NCBI GenBank assembly: GCA_016206785.1
Contig: JACQQV010000048.1
Span: 65,889 to 129,888 of the forward strand
DNA: 64,000 nucleotides
From: Candidatus Omnitrophota bacterium
GTDB lineage: Bacteria; Omnitrophota; Gorgyraeia; JACQQV01
Direction: 5' to 3'
The notes below the pieces were generated by a model. The model was not told the origin of the DNA. It was given only the letters and a program-made list of their open reading frames with translations, and did not search any database. Positions 47,849 through 56,964 of the stretch are shown piece after piece; the first letter of the stretch is position 1, and every line of letters begins with the position of its first letter. A program made the translations under genes and the position numbers.

Positions 47849-48583
47849 GTGGGACCCATGGACGTCGCTTCAGTGAATCAAACGTTTGAAAAGAAATCCC
47901 CCCAGGAACTTCTTCGGTGGGCCCTGGAGGAATTTGGGGATAAAATTGCCCTGGCGTCCAGTTTCGGCGTCGAGGACGTGGCCCTCATCGATATGATGAT
48001 GAAGATCAACCGGAAGGCCCGCGTCTTTACTCTCGATACAGGACGGCTGGATGAGGAGACCTATGAGGTCATGGACCGCATTCGGGACAGATATGGCCTC
48101 TCAATCGAATCTTATTTTCCAGATCTTCAGAAAGTGGAGGCGCTGGAGCGGACCAAGGGATTCTATTCTTTTCGGAAAAGTGTCGAGAACCGCAAAGAAT
48201 GTTGTGGCATCCGGAAGGTTGAACCGCTCGGACGTGCCCTTTCCACGCTTAAGGCCTGGCTCACAGGTCTTCGGCGTGCTCAAGCTGTTACCCGCACCGA
48301 TATTGCCAAAGTTGAAGTGGATAGCGCACACCACAACATCATCAAGATCAACCCCTTGGCCGATTGGTCTGAAAAACAGGTATGGGACTATGTGAAACAG
48401 AACCAAGTTCCCTATAACAAACTCCACGACCAGGGATATCCGAGCATCGGTTGCTCCCCCTGCACGCGCGCCATCAAGCCTGGAGAAGACATCCGGGCGG
48501 GGCGCTGGTGGTGGGAGAATCCCGAACAGAAAGAATGCGGTTTGCACGTTCATAAGGCGGAGGAAAAGGGGAAAGAGAGGTAA
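47849..48583 (+). CDS. cysH: Adenylyl-sulfate (APS) reductase, thioredoxin-dependent Fe-S type
   Basis: LDTGRL, CCGIRKVEPL, SIGCSPCT, GRWWWE, KECGLH. Confidence 0.93.
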   Translation: MGPMDVASVNQTFEKKSPQELLRWALEEFGDKIALASSFGVEDVALIDMMMKINRKARVFTLDTGRLDEETYEVMDRIRDRYGLSIESYFPDLQKVEALERTKGFYSFRKSVENRKECCGIRKVEPLGRALSTLKAWLTGLRRAQAVTRTDIAKVEVDSAHHNIIKINPLADWSEKQVWDYVKQNQVPYNKLHDQGYPSIGCSPCTRAIKPGEDIRAGRWWWENPEQKECGLHVHKAEEKGKER

Positions 48584-48595
48584 CGGAGGACTAGG

Positions 48596-48877
48596 ATGCG
48601 ACGAAAAGGTTTATTTATTTTCTTGGGACTTATGGCGCTCCTTGGGACAGGATGTGGAGTTTCAAAGGACAAATACCTGAGGCTCGAGGAGGAGAAAAAG
48701 GGACTTGAACGCACCGTGGATCAGTTGACAAGAGAAAAAGAGGACCTCGCCCGCTACAACGACGACCTTCAGAGGGTTAACCAACGGCTCCTCCAAGAAC
48801 GGACGGTTAAACCGCCCTCGCCTGAGGAATCCCCTCTTGAAGGAAGAACGGAATCCGAAGAGTCTTCTCTCAAATAA
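48596..48877 (+). CDS. Small coiled-coil lipoprotein
   Basis: Lipobox LGTG-C, then heptad coiled coil; GGAGG RBS. Confidence 0.75.
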   Translation: MRRKGLFIFLGLMALLGTGCGVSKDKYLRLEEEKKGLERTVDQLTREKEDLARYNDDLQRVNQRLLQERTVKPPSPEESPLEGRTESEESSLK

Positions 48878-48911
48878 GCTCGATGGATGATACGAGGCTC
48901 TCGAGGCGCCG

Positions 48912-49223
48912 ATGGCAGAATTTATTCGCATCTGGCAGGAAGCGGTCATTCAGGAGATTGAAAGCCACCTTCTCATTGCAGGGGATACGGTGGGGGACTG
49001 CGCCAGCTGCCGTTGCCTCGGCATTGACTACAGCAAGACCAGTTGCCCTCAGTGTAAAACCGAATTTAAATATGTGACAAGCCGCCGCATTGAAAGCCAT
49101 CCTGGTGAATCGTTCCGCATCGTCAAACGTTTAAAAGAAAAGCGTCCCGATCTCATCTTTGTCGACTATACGGATTATAAACAACTTTCCGGGAAGTTGA
49201 AGGGGAGGAGCTTTCTCGCCTAA
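48912..49223 (+). CDS. Small zinc-ribbon hypothetical protein
   Basis: CASC...CPQC; abuts dinG. Confidence 0.7.
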   Translation: MAEFIRIWQEAVIQEIESHLLIAGDTVGDCASCRCLGIDYSKTSCPQCKTEFKYVTSRRIESHPGESFRIVKRLKEKRPDLIFVDYTDYKQLSGKLKGRSFLA

Positions 49224-49224
49224 C

Positions 49225-51162
49225 GTGTACAATGCCGTTGAATGGTTGGGCCCTCAAGGACCCCTCACCCACGCCCTTTCCCACTACGAATACCGCGCTG
49301 TTCAACTCGACATGGCAAAGGGCGTAGAGGATGCGCTCTCTTCCGGCCGGCATCTTGTGGTGGAGGCGGGGACGGGGGTGGGGAAAAGCTTCGCATATCT
49401 CATCCCTGCCATCCAGTATGCCCTGCAACATCAAAAGAAGGTCGTGGTCTCTACCTACACGATTAGCCTCCAAGAACAGTTGATTCAAAAGGATATCCCG
49501 ATGCTCGCCCAAGCGCTTCCGATACCCTTTCGTGCGGTTTTGGTAAAGGGGAGAGGGAATTATCTTTCCCTTCGGCGGCTCAAACGGGCGGTCGAACATT
49601 CTTTTGACCTTTTCGAGAAGGATGAGTCGGTGGAAGAACTCGGGAAGATTCTGGGCTGGTCGACAGTAACGAAAGAGGGTTCCCTTCAAGATCTCCATGA
49701 GGAAGTTCATGAAGGGGTGTGGGATAAAGTCGTTTCTGATGTGGATAATTGCTTGGGGAAAAAGTGCCCCACGTACAGGCAGTGTTTCTTTTTTTCCGCA
49801 AGGCGCAAGATGGAAGAAGCGGACCTTCTCATTGTGAATCATCACCTCTTTTTTTCAGATCTTTCCCTCCGTCGAGGAGGTCTTTCGTTTCTGCCAGACT
49901 ATGACACAGTCATCTTTGATGAGGCGCATACCATGGAGCAGGTGGCCGCGGAACATATGGGATTTGAACTTTCCAATGGCCAAGTCCGTTTTCTACTCGA
50001 TAGTCTCTTGAATGCAGAGGGGACAAAAGGGTTTCTGATCTCCTTGGAGGACCCCGCCACCCGAAAAAGGGTTCAGAGGGCCCGACGAGAAGCCCAAGGA
50101 TTCTTTAAGGAGGTGGAGGAGTTTCTGAAAGAGTTCCCTGAGGCGAAAAGGGTGAGGGAGGAGGGGGTCTTCTCGGGGGCTCTCGTCCAATCCTTAAGAG
50201 ACATTCGCAACTCCTTGGGAGAGGTTTTAAAAGAGGCGCGAAACAAAGAAGAAGAACTCGATATCCAATCCTATCGGAAGCGGTGTGAGGCGATCGCTTT
50301 TTCTCTTGAGCGGTTCCTGAAGCAGGACCTTGGGAACTATGTCTATTGGGCAAGCCGCTCCAAAGGGCGACTGAGGAGAATAACCCTTCATGCAGCACCC
50401 ATCCATTGCGGCGAAATTTTACAGAAGGAACTCTTTCAGAAAGTTCGTAGCATCGTTATGACGAGTGCGACTCTTGCCACGGAAGGAAATTTTCAGTACT
50501 TCAAGGAGCGGCATGGGATCTTAGAGGCGGATGAGATGCTTCTCGGTTCACCGTTCAATTATCGGAAGCAAGTGACGCTGAGCATCCCCGTCGGTATGCC
50601 GGACCCAGCGGATTATGAGCGATTCAGAGACTACATCTCTTTGAGGGTCCGAGAAAGGCTTGAAGGGGCAGAGGGAGGGGTCTTTGTCCTTTTTACCAGT
50701 TACCGATTGATGAGAGATGTCTATGCCCTTTTGAAACCCTTTTTGGATGAAAGAGGTCTCCAATCCTTTCAACAAGGAGAATCCTTGAGTCGGCATGAGA
50801 TGTTGCAAGCGTTTAAGGCAGATGGAAATTCTGTCCTTTTCGGAACCGACAGTTTTTGGCAGGGGGTCGATGTCCCGGGAAAGGCCTTAAGTCAAGTGAT
50901 TATCACAAAACTTCCTTTTTCTGTACCGGATCATCCTATGATCGAGGCGCGGATTGAGGAGTTGGAGGCGAGGGGAGAGGACCCCTTTTTAAGTTATACA
51001 CTTCCGGAAGCGATTCTTAAGCTCAAGCAAGGGTTTGGAAGACTCATCCGCACCCAAAAGGATGAAGGGAGCATTGTGATTTTAGATGACCGCATCCTAC
51101 GCAAGCCTTATGGACAACGGTTTCTCAAATCGCTTCCAGCATGTGAACTCTTAATCGGATAA
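49225..51162 (+). CDS. dinG: DinG/YoaA family helicase
   Basis: EAGTGVGKS, LQEQL, KGRGNY, DEAH, TSATL, LFTSY, FWQGVD, QGFGRLIR. Confidence 0.93.
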   Translation: MYNAVEWLGPQGPLTHALSHYEYRAVQLDMAKGVEDALSSGRHLVVEAGTGVGKSFAYLIPAIQYALQHQKKVVVSTYTISLQEQLIQKDIPMLAQALPIPFRAVLVKGRGNYLSLRRLKRAVEHSFDLFEKDESVEELGKILGWSTVTKEGSLQDLHEEVHEGVWDKVVSDVDNCLGKKCPTYRQCFFFSARRKMEEADLLIVNHHLFFSDLSLRRGGLSFLPDYDTVIFDEAHTMEQVAAEHMGFELSNGQVRFLLDSLLNAEGTKGFLISLEDPATRKRVQRARREAQGFFKEVEEFLKEFPEAKRVREEGVFSGALVQSLRDIRNSLGEVLKEARNKEEELDIQSYRKRCEAIAFSLERFLKQDLGNYVYWASRSKGRLRRITLHAAPIHCGEILQKELFQKVRSIVMTSATLATEGNFQYFKERHGILEADEMLLGSPFNYRKQVTLSIPVGMPDPADYERFRDYISLRVRERLEGAEGGVFVLFTSYRLMRDVYALLKPFLDERGLQSFQQGESLSRHEMLQAFKADGNSVLFGTDSFWQGVDVPGKALSQVIITKLPFSVPDHPMIEARIEELEARGEDPFLSYTLPEAILKLKQGFGRLIRTQKDEGSIVILDDRILRKPYGQRFLKSLPACELLIG

Positions 51163-51178
51163 GAAAGGGTCAAGAAGA

Positions 51179-54097
51179 ATGCCTGCACTCCTTGAAGACA
51201 AGCTCTTGGAGGGGCTTAACGAAAAGCAGACTGAGGCGGTCACACATGGAGAAGGACCGCTCCTCATTATTGCGGGGGCAGGGACAGGAAAAACCTCTGT
51301 CATTACGCGCCGTATCGCCTATTTGATCGCCACCAAGCAGGCCCGTCCCGAGGAGATCCTTGCCCTTACCTTTACCGAAAAGGCCGCCTCGGAGATGGAG
51401 GAGCGGGTGGATCTGCTCGTTCCATATGGGTATACGGAGACATGGATTTCAACATTTCACGCCTTTGGAGACCGAATCCTCCGAGAATGCGCCCTTGAGA
51501 TCGGTCTTTCTCCCGATTTTCAAGTGTTGACCAAGCCGGAGCAGATCATTTTTTTCCGCGAACATCTTTTTGAACTTCCTCTGGAGTATTATCGACCACT
51601 CAGCGACCCCACCAAGTTTATCGATGCCCTTTTGACCGTCATTAGCCGCGCCAAGGATGAGGATATTGGCCCCAAGGCCTATCTTGACTATGCCGAGTCC
51701 CTCAGAAAAAAAGCAAAGAAAGATCCGAAGGATCCTGTTCTCAAAGAGGAAAGTCAAAAGACGCTTGAAATTGCTAAGCTGTATGAAGCCTACCAGAAAC
51801 TTCTTCTGAAGGAAGGGAAAATCGACTTTGGAAATCAGGTCTATCTTACCCTCGAACTTTTCCGAAAACGGCCGTCGGTTCTAAAACGGTACCGCGAGCG
51901 GTTTAAGTACATTCTGATTGATGAATTCCAAGACACGAACTTTTCCCAATTTCAGTTGGTGAAACTTCTCGCCGCTTCCAAGAACAACATTACTGTCTGC
52001 GGTGACGATGATCAGTCGATTTATAAATTCCGGGGAGCGGCGATCAGCAATATCCTCGGTTTCCTCGACCATTACCCCAAGGCGGCACAGGTTGTTCTGA
52101 CGCGGAACTACCGTTCTACCCAAAGGATTCTCGATCAGGCCTATCGTCTCATCCGATACAATAACCCTGACCGTCTGGAGGTCCGAAGTCAGGTGGATAA
52201 GCGTCTTCAAGGCGAACCAGGCGGGAGCGCGGTTGAGCATTGGCATTTTGACACGGTTTCGACCGAGGCCGATGAGGTGGCCCGTTTCATTGAAGAGCGC
52301 GCCCAAAAAGGGGAAATGAACTACGAAGACTTTGCAATCCTGGTCCGTAGCAATAACGACGCGGACCCTTTTCTCCGGGCCTTGAATATGCACAATATCC
52401 CTTGGCGTTTCACGGGTAACCAGGGACTCTATCAGAGGGAAGAGGTGAGGATCGCCATTTCATTTCTGCGCCTTATGGCGGATGTCCACGACAGCCTCAG
52501 CCTCTTCCATTTGATGAGTTCCGAGATATGGATGTTTGATATGTTAATTCTCAACCAACTCTCCACCCTTTCCCATAAAAGAAATCGATCCCTCTCCTCC
52601 GTCCTGAAGGAGCTCCCATCCCTTGAGTTAGAAGGCTTGACGCAAGAGCACCGTTTGGCAGGCGGAAAGATCGTTGAGGCGTTAGACGCATACCTCCGCA
52701 AGTCGCGGACGTTGACCACTGGGCAACTCCTCTACGATTTTTTAAAAGGGTCTGGGTATCTTTCAAAGCTCAGTCGAGAGGAAACGGTTGCCTCGGACGC
52801 CAAACTTCAGAACCTGGCCCGGTTTTTTGAACTTGTTCGTAATTTTGAGACCCTTTCAAAAGAGGATCGCGTAAACCGTTTTGTGACCCATCTCGATATG
52901 CTGATGGAAGCGGGAGATGATCCTGCTGTCGTGGAGGCGGAACTCGATCTTCCCGCTGTAAATGTTTTGACGGTTCATAAAGCAAAGGGGCTCGAGTTTG
53001 AGGGGGTGATCCTCGTGGGCCTTGTGATGGGGCGATTCCCGTGGCCTCGCCGTCGGGATCCTATTGAATTGCCAGAGCCACTCGTTCAAGAGATCCTTCC
53101 CGTGGGTGATTTTCATCTCCAGGAAGAACGACGACTCTTTTATGTGGGGATGACACGGGCCAAAAGGGAACTCATCCTCACCTCCTCTCTCGATTATGGG
53201 GGAAAGACGACTCGAAAAGTGAGTCAGTTTATCCTCGAGGCACTCGATCTGCCAAAAGAGAGCGTTTCTTTGAGAAAAAGTTCTCCCCTTGAAGTCCTTG
53301 ACCGCTCGGCGGTCAAGGGGTCCTCTGCGGAGGGAACGTTGCGAAAAATCGGAGAAGAGGAACTTCTAACGCTAAGTCACTATCAGGTCGACGATTACCT
53401 GAGCTGTCCTCTTAAATACAAGTACGTTCACATCCTCAGAATTCCCGTGACCCAACACCATACGGTGATCTATGGCCGGGCGATTCATGCAGCCGTTGAG
53501 GCCTATTATCGCGCCCGCCTCGAGAAGCAACCTTTCACAGAAGAGGAGTTGGTCAAGACCTTTGAGGAAACGTGGGCGAGCGAGGGATTCCTCTCCCGCG
53601 AGCATGAAGAGCGCCGGCTCGCGACAGGCCGTGAAGTTCTCCACCGCTTTTACCTTGAGGAAAGCAAAAAGAATCTTCTTCCTACGGCGGTCGAGAAAGA
53701 GTTCGGCTTTGTCCTTGGGAAAGACAAGATGATCGGCCGTTGGGACCTCATTTATGAGACAAAGGAAGAAGTGGTGATTGCAGATGTCAAAACGAGTGAA
53801 ATTCGTACGCAAGAGCGGGCAGATGAAAGGGCGAAAGAAAGCCTTCAGCTTTCGATTTACACGTTGGCGTATAAAGAAATCTTTGGGAGATTGCCTGACC
53901 GGGTTGAGTTGAGATTCTTGGAGTCGGGATTGCGTGGAAACAGTACCCGCACTGAAAAAGCATTGGAAGAGACGGTGGATAAGATTAAAGAGGCCTCTCA
54001 GGGGATTCGGGCGCGGGAGTTTACCCCGAAACCTGCCTATCAGGTGTGCCGCTATTGTGCCTATCGTGAGATCTGTCCCTATGCGGTGCGAGGGTAA
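51179..54097 (+). CDS. UvrD/PcrA-type helicase fused to PD-(D/E)XK nuclease with Fe-S cysteines (Adn/AddB-like)
   Basis: AGAGTGKT, DEFQD, QSIYKFRGA, HKAKGLEF, EERRLFYVGMTRA; CPLKY, GRWD..DVKT, QLSIY, CRYC..C. Confidence 0.92.
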   Translation: MPALLEDKLLEGLNEKQTEAVTHGEGPLLIIAGAGTGKTSVITRRIAYLIATKQARPEEILALTFTEKAASEMEERVDLLVPYGYTETWISTFHAFGDRILRECALEIGLSPDFQVLTKPEQIIFFREHLFELPLEYYRPLSDPTKFIDALLTVISRAKDEDIGPKAYLDYAESLRKKAKKDPKDPVLKEESQKTLEIAKLYEAYQKLLLKEGKIDFGNQVYLTLELFRKRPSVLKRYRERFKYILIDEFQDTNFSQFQLVKLLAASKNNITVCGDDDQSIYKFRGAAISNILGFLDHYPKAAQVVLTRNYRSTQRILDQAYRLIRYNNPDRLEVRSQVDKRLQGEPGGSAVEHWHFDTVSTEADEVARFIEERAQKGEMNYEDFAILVRSNNDADPFLRALNMHNIPWRFTGNQGLYQREEVRIAISFLRLMADVHDSLSLFHLMSSEIWMFDMLILNQLSTLSHKRNRSLSSVLKELPSLELEGLTQEHRLAGGKIVEALDAYLRKSRTLTTGQLLYDFLKGSGYLSKLSREETVASDAKLQNLARFFELVRNFETLSKEDRVNRFVTHLDMLMEAGDDPAVVEAELDLPAVNVLTVHKAKGLEFEGVILVGLVMGRFPWPRRRDPIELPEPLVQEILPVGDFHLQEERRLFYVGMTRAKRELILTSSLDYGGKTTRKVSQFILEALDLPKESVSLRKSSPLEVLDRSAVKGSSAEGTLRKIGEEELLTLSHYQVDDYLSCPLKYKYVHILRIPVTQHHTVIYGRAIHAAVEAYYRARLEKQPFTEEELVKTFEETWASEGFLSREHEERRLATGREVLHRFYLEESKKNLLPTAVEKEFGFVLGKDKMIGRWDLIYETKEEVVIADVKTSEIRTQERADERAKESLQLSIYTLAYKEIFGRLPDRVELRFLESGLRGNSTRTEKALEETVDKIKEASQGIRAREFTPKPAYQVCRYCAYREICPYAVRG

Positions 54098-54098
54098 G

Positions 54099-54878
54099 AT
54101 GAGAAAAATCAGGTGGGCCTCTCTCTTTTTCTTCCTCATCCCTCTCATTGCCTTTGCAGAGATTCCGAATTTCCATGAAGTGGAAGAAGGTTTTTTCCGG
54201 GGAGGCCAACCTGAAGAGGCGGAACTCCAGGCATTAAAAACCTTGGGGTTTCGTACCGTTGTTTCTCTTCGGAATGAGAGGAGCCTTATCCGGTGGGAGG
54301 AAGAGCTCGTCGAGAAAAGCGGCATGGCCTTTGTCAGCATTCCAATGACGTGGTGGAAAAGCCCGACACAAAAACAGGTCCAGACCTTTCTCGATGTGGT
54401 GAGACAGCCGGAACGACGACCTCTCTTTTTGCATTGTCGGGAAGGTCGCGACAGGACAGGGGCGATGGTGGCGTTGTACCGAATTGTAGAGGCCCGTTCG
54501 GTGGAGGAGGCCTATACAGAAGCCAAGCGGTACGGCTTTCGGGAAGGTGCCATTCCTCTTAAGCGATTCATCTTGGTGAAGGCAAAAGCGTTTAGGGTTC
54601 TGAAAACGGATCCTCTTCCAGAACCGTTTTCAGGAATCGCATTCCTTTTTTATGCGTTTGAGGGGGTGGTCGGACTCTTGAGTTGTTGGGGAGGAATTCT
54701 CTGTTTAAAACGGCCTGATCTAGCCATCCGTATTCAGAAGAGATTTTATGAGATGATCAATTGGCGACTTTCGCCCGTCTCCTTGGAAAAGGAACTTCGC
54801 AATACGCGGATCATGGGAGGAATACTCCTCCTTTGTTTTCTTGCGCTCGTGGTTCTCCTTTTTATCTTTTCTATTTAA
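54099..54878 (+). CDS. Exported protein-tyrosine/dual-specificity phosphatase with C-terminal TMs
   Basis: Signal peptide, NFH.V, RGGQP, HCREGRDRTG, two C-terminal TMs. Confidence 0.88.
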   Translation: MRKIRWASLFFFLIPLIAFAEIPNFHEVEEGFFRGGQPEEAELQALKTLGFRTVVSLRNERSLIRWEEELVEKSGMAFVSIPMTWWKSPTQKQVQTFLDVVRQPERRPLFLHCREGRDRTGAMVALYRIVEARSVEEAYTEAKRYGFREGAIPLKRFILVKAKAFRVLKTDPLPEPFSGIAFLFYAFEGVVGLLSCWGGILCLKRPDLAIRIQKRFYEMINWRLSPVSLEKELRNTRIMGGILLLCFLALVVLLFIFSI

Positions 54879-55149
54879 AAAATTCCCTTAAAGAGCCTTC
54901 GACTTTTGGCACTATCTCTTCCCAGTCCGCGGCAGGGTCTTTACCCACCGAAATAAAATTGTTGAGGATAAAAAGGGTCTTCACACCCGGAATTTGAAGA
55001 AGTATCTTCGCCAAGGGCGATTTCTCCGCTTCTTGAAGGGAAGAATAGGTTTCGCTTTTTTCCACAAGTTTTCGAGTCAGGGTGAATTTGATGCTGTTCG
55101 GATTGGGGGTTGGCTCTACGATGACGTCGATCGGTTCCTGGATGGACAT
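54871..55149 (-). CDS. NifU/Nfu N-terminal domain protein
   Basis: EPTPNPNSIKF, SPLA..L..IPGV, NFISV.K, W; AAGGAG RBS and TG-n-TACAAT on minus strand. Confidence 0.9.
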   Translation of the reverse strand: MSIQEPIDVIVEPTPNPNSIKFTLTRKLVEKSETYSSLQEAEKSPLAKILLQIPGVKTLFILNNFISVGKDPAADWEEIVPKVEGSLREFFK

Positions 55150-55200
55150 AAGATTCTCCTTTCCTTCAGAACCGCTTTATTGTATCATAGAGCCACTTCC

Positions 55201-55827
55201 TTGAAAAGATTAAAACTTCTCCTTTTTATTTTTATTCTTTTTTTTCTTTCGAGTGTGGCAAAGGATCTCTTTTTCCAGTTTCTCTTTGGAAACGGCATCG
55301 CACAAGTCACCGGCCTTCGGACTTCCATTGCCGCATTTCATCTCTCCCTTCTCTCCTCCCATGCAGAAGCGAAGGAGATCCTTCTTTACAACCCCAAGGG
55401 ATTCGAGGATCCTATTTTTGCCCGGATTTCAGATTTTTTCTTTGAGCTCGACCTCGCCGCACTCTTAAGAGGCGACTTCCATTTGTCAGAAAGCCAATTT
55501 GTCCTGGAGGAGCTTTTCCTTGTCAAAAACCGTGAAGGAGTTACCAATGTGTCACGTCTGAGGGCGTCCCTTTCTCAGAGGGATAACCGAGAGCCTGTTC
55601 GGTTACAGATTGATCAACTCGATTTCGCCGTTCTCAGAATCATCTGTAAGAATTATCAGACGACCCCTCCGACTGTTCGGGCATTCCACCCTGAGATTCA
55701 CGACGAACATCTTGAGGGACTCCGGGGTTCCCAAGAAACTGTCCATGCGATTCTTAAGGAGACCTTTGCGCATCCCAGAGTATCCCCTCATGTGACCGAT
55801 TTTGGCGATCTTCAAGAGAAACGATAA
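55201..55827 (+). CDS. AsmA-like membrane-anchored protein
   Basis: N-terminal TM, TGL, NP.GF, VKN.EG..N, L.ID.L; TTG start estimated. Confidence 0.7.
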   Translation: MKRLKLLLFIFILFFLSSVAKDLFFQFLFGNGIAQVTGLRTSIAAFHLSLLSSHAEAKEILLYNPKGFEDPIFARISDFFFELDLAALLRGDFHLSESQFVLEELFLVKNREGVTNVSRLRASLSQRDNREPVRLQIDQLDFAVLRIICKNYQTTPPTVRAFHPEIHDEHLEGLRGSQETVHAILKETFAHPRVSPHVTDFGDLQEKR

Positions 55828-55828
55828 G

Positions 55829-56419
55829 ATGGAAAAAAACCCGATTGTCTTGGATCTTGAAACACAAAAACTCTTTAGCGAGATCGACCGGGGGAAACGG
55901 CATCTCCTGAGGGTTTCTGTGATCGGCATTTACGATTACGGTCAAAAAAACTATTTCGTTTTTGAGGAGAAGGAGATCTCAAAGTTAGAGCCGTTTCTGC
56001 AACAGGCCTCCTTCCTCATCGGGTTTAATATACGGGAGTTCGATTTACAGGTCTTAAAACCCTATCTTGTTTCTTCTTTGGATCATGTCCCGATCATCGA
56101 CCTCTTGGAGGAGATCGAGCGGAGCCGGGGGCATAAGGTGAGCCTCCAGAGCGTGGCCCAGGCAACCCTTAAAGAGGGAAAGAGTGGCTCAGGGTTGGAA
56201 GCGGTGCAGCTCTTCAAAGAGGGACGGTTAGAAGAACTCAAGCGTTACTGCTTGGATGACGTTCGAATCACTAAGGAGATCTACGAGTATGGGAAAAGGG
56301 AAGGGAAAGTCTACTTTTTCTCCAACCGGGACTGGCAAACGCATGAAATTCGTGTGCAATGGGGAGACAAAGCACCCGTTTGGGGGGAGAAGAAACCGTT
56401 TCCTTCGACTCTTTTTTAA
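55829..56419 (+). CDS. Stand-alone RNase H-like (RNase_H_2, DEDD) domain protein
   Basis: LDLETQ, GFNI..FD, DLL, KSG.G, YC..DV..T. Confidence 0.85.
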   Translation: MEKNPIVLDLETQKLFSEIDRGKRHLLRVSVIGIYDYGQKNYFVFEEKEISKLEPFLQQASFLIGFNIREFDLQVLKPYLVSSLDHVPIIDLLEEIERSRGHKVSLQSVAQATLKEGKSGSGLEAVQLFKEGRLEELKRYCLDDVRITKEIYEYGKREGKVYFFSNRDWQTHEIRVQWGDKAPVWGEKKPFPSTLF

Positions 56420-56483
56420 TAGTTTTTTAAATGGGCACGTTGCAACATTTTTATTCACAATAGGTTATAAATAAAAAAAAATC

Positions 56484-56512
56484 TTGACAAAAAAAGTTGA
56501 ATATTTTATAAT
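56484..56512 (+). promoter_or_regulatory. Consensus sigma70 promoter of csp
   Basis: TTGACA-17 bp-TATAAT with A-tract upstream. Confidence 0.9.
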
Positions 56513-56659
56513 GGACATGAATTGGAGCAAGGGTTTTTGTTTCAGAATTTAGACAAAACACAAAGAAGTGACCGCTAACGGACTCTTTTGAAGCTCTGGG
56601 AGCGGTTTTTTTATTTGCTATAGCTCCAATGTGTTGAAAAAAAGGAGGAAGTACGTCTG

Positions 56660-56860
56660 ATGGTTAAAGGTACCGTGAAGTGGTTCAGCGACCAAAAAGG
56701 GTATGGATTCATCACACCGGAGAATGGCAAAGATGTGTTTGTTCATCATTCTGCTATTAAGGGCGAAGGATTCAAGACCTTGCGCGAGGGACAGGCAGTC
56801 GAGTTTGAGATTGTCCAAGGTCCTAAAGGCGAGCAGGCCGCAAACGTAGTTAAATTATAA
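56660..56860 (+). CDS. cspA: Cold shock protein
   Basis: GTVKWF, KGYGFI (RNP1), VFVH (RNP2), A.NV; paralog identity uncertain. Confidence 0.95.
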   Translation: MVKGTVKWFSDQKGYGFITPENGKDVFVHHSAIKGEGFKTLREGQAVEFEIVQGPKGEQAANVVKL

Positions 56861-56881
56861 GCTTCGCTCATAATTTAACTC

Positions 56882-56914
56882 AACACCCCAGTCGAAAGAC
56901 TGGGGTGTTTTTTT
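56882..56914 (+). terminator. Intrinsic terminator after csp
   Basis: aacaccccagtc-GAAA-gactggggtgtt followed by T run. Confidence 0.92.
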
Positions 56915-56964
56915 GTGTTCTACCTTGTGTCTTTATTGGAGATTTGCTAAAATAAGAAACTGCG

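Noticed and set aside
49225-54097. Type IV CRISPR (CasDinG/Cas4) or defence island
   Set aside because: No cas5/6/7 or array; the nuclease is fused to a UvrD motor and the context is housekeeping.
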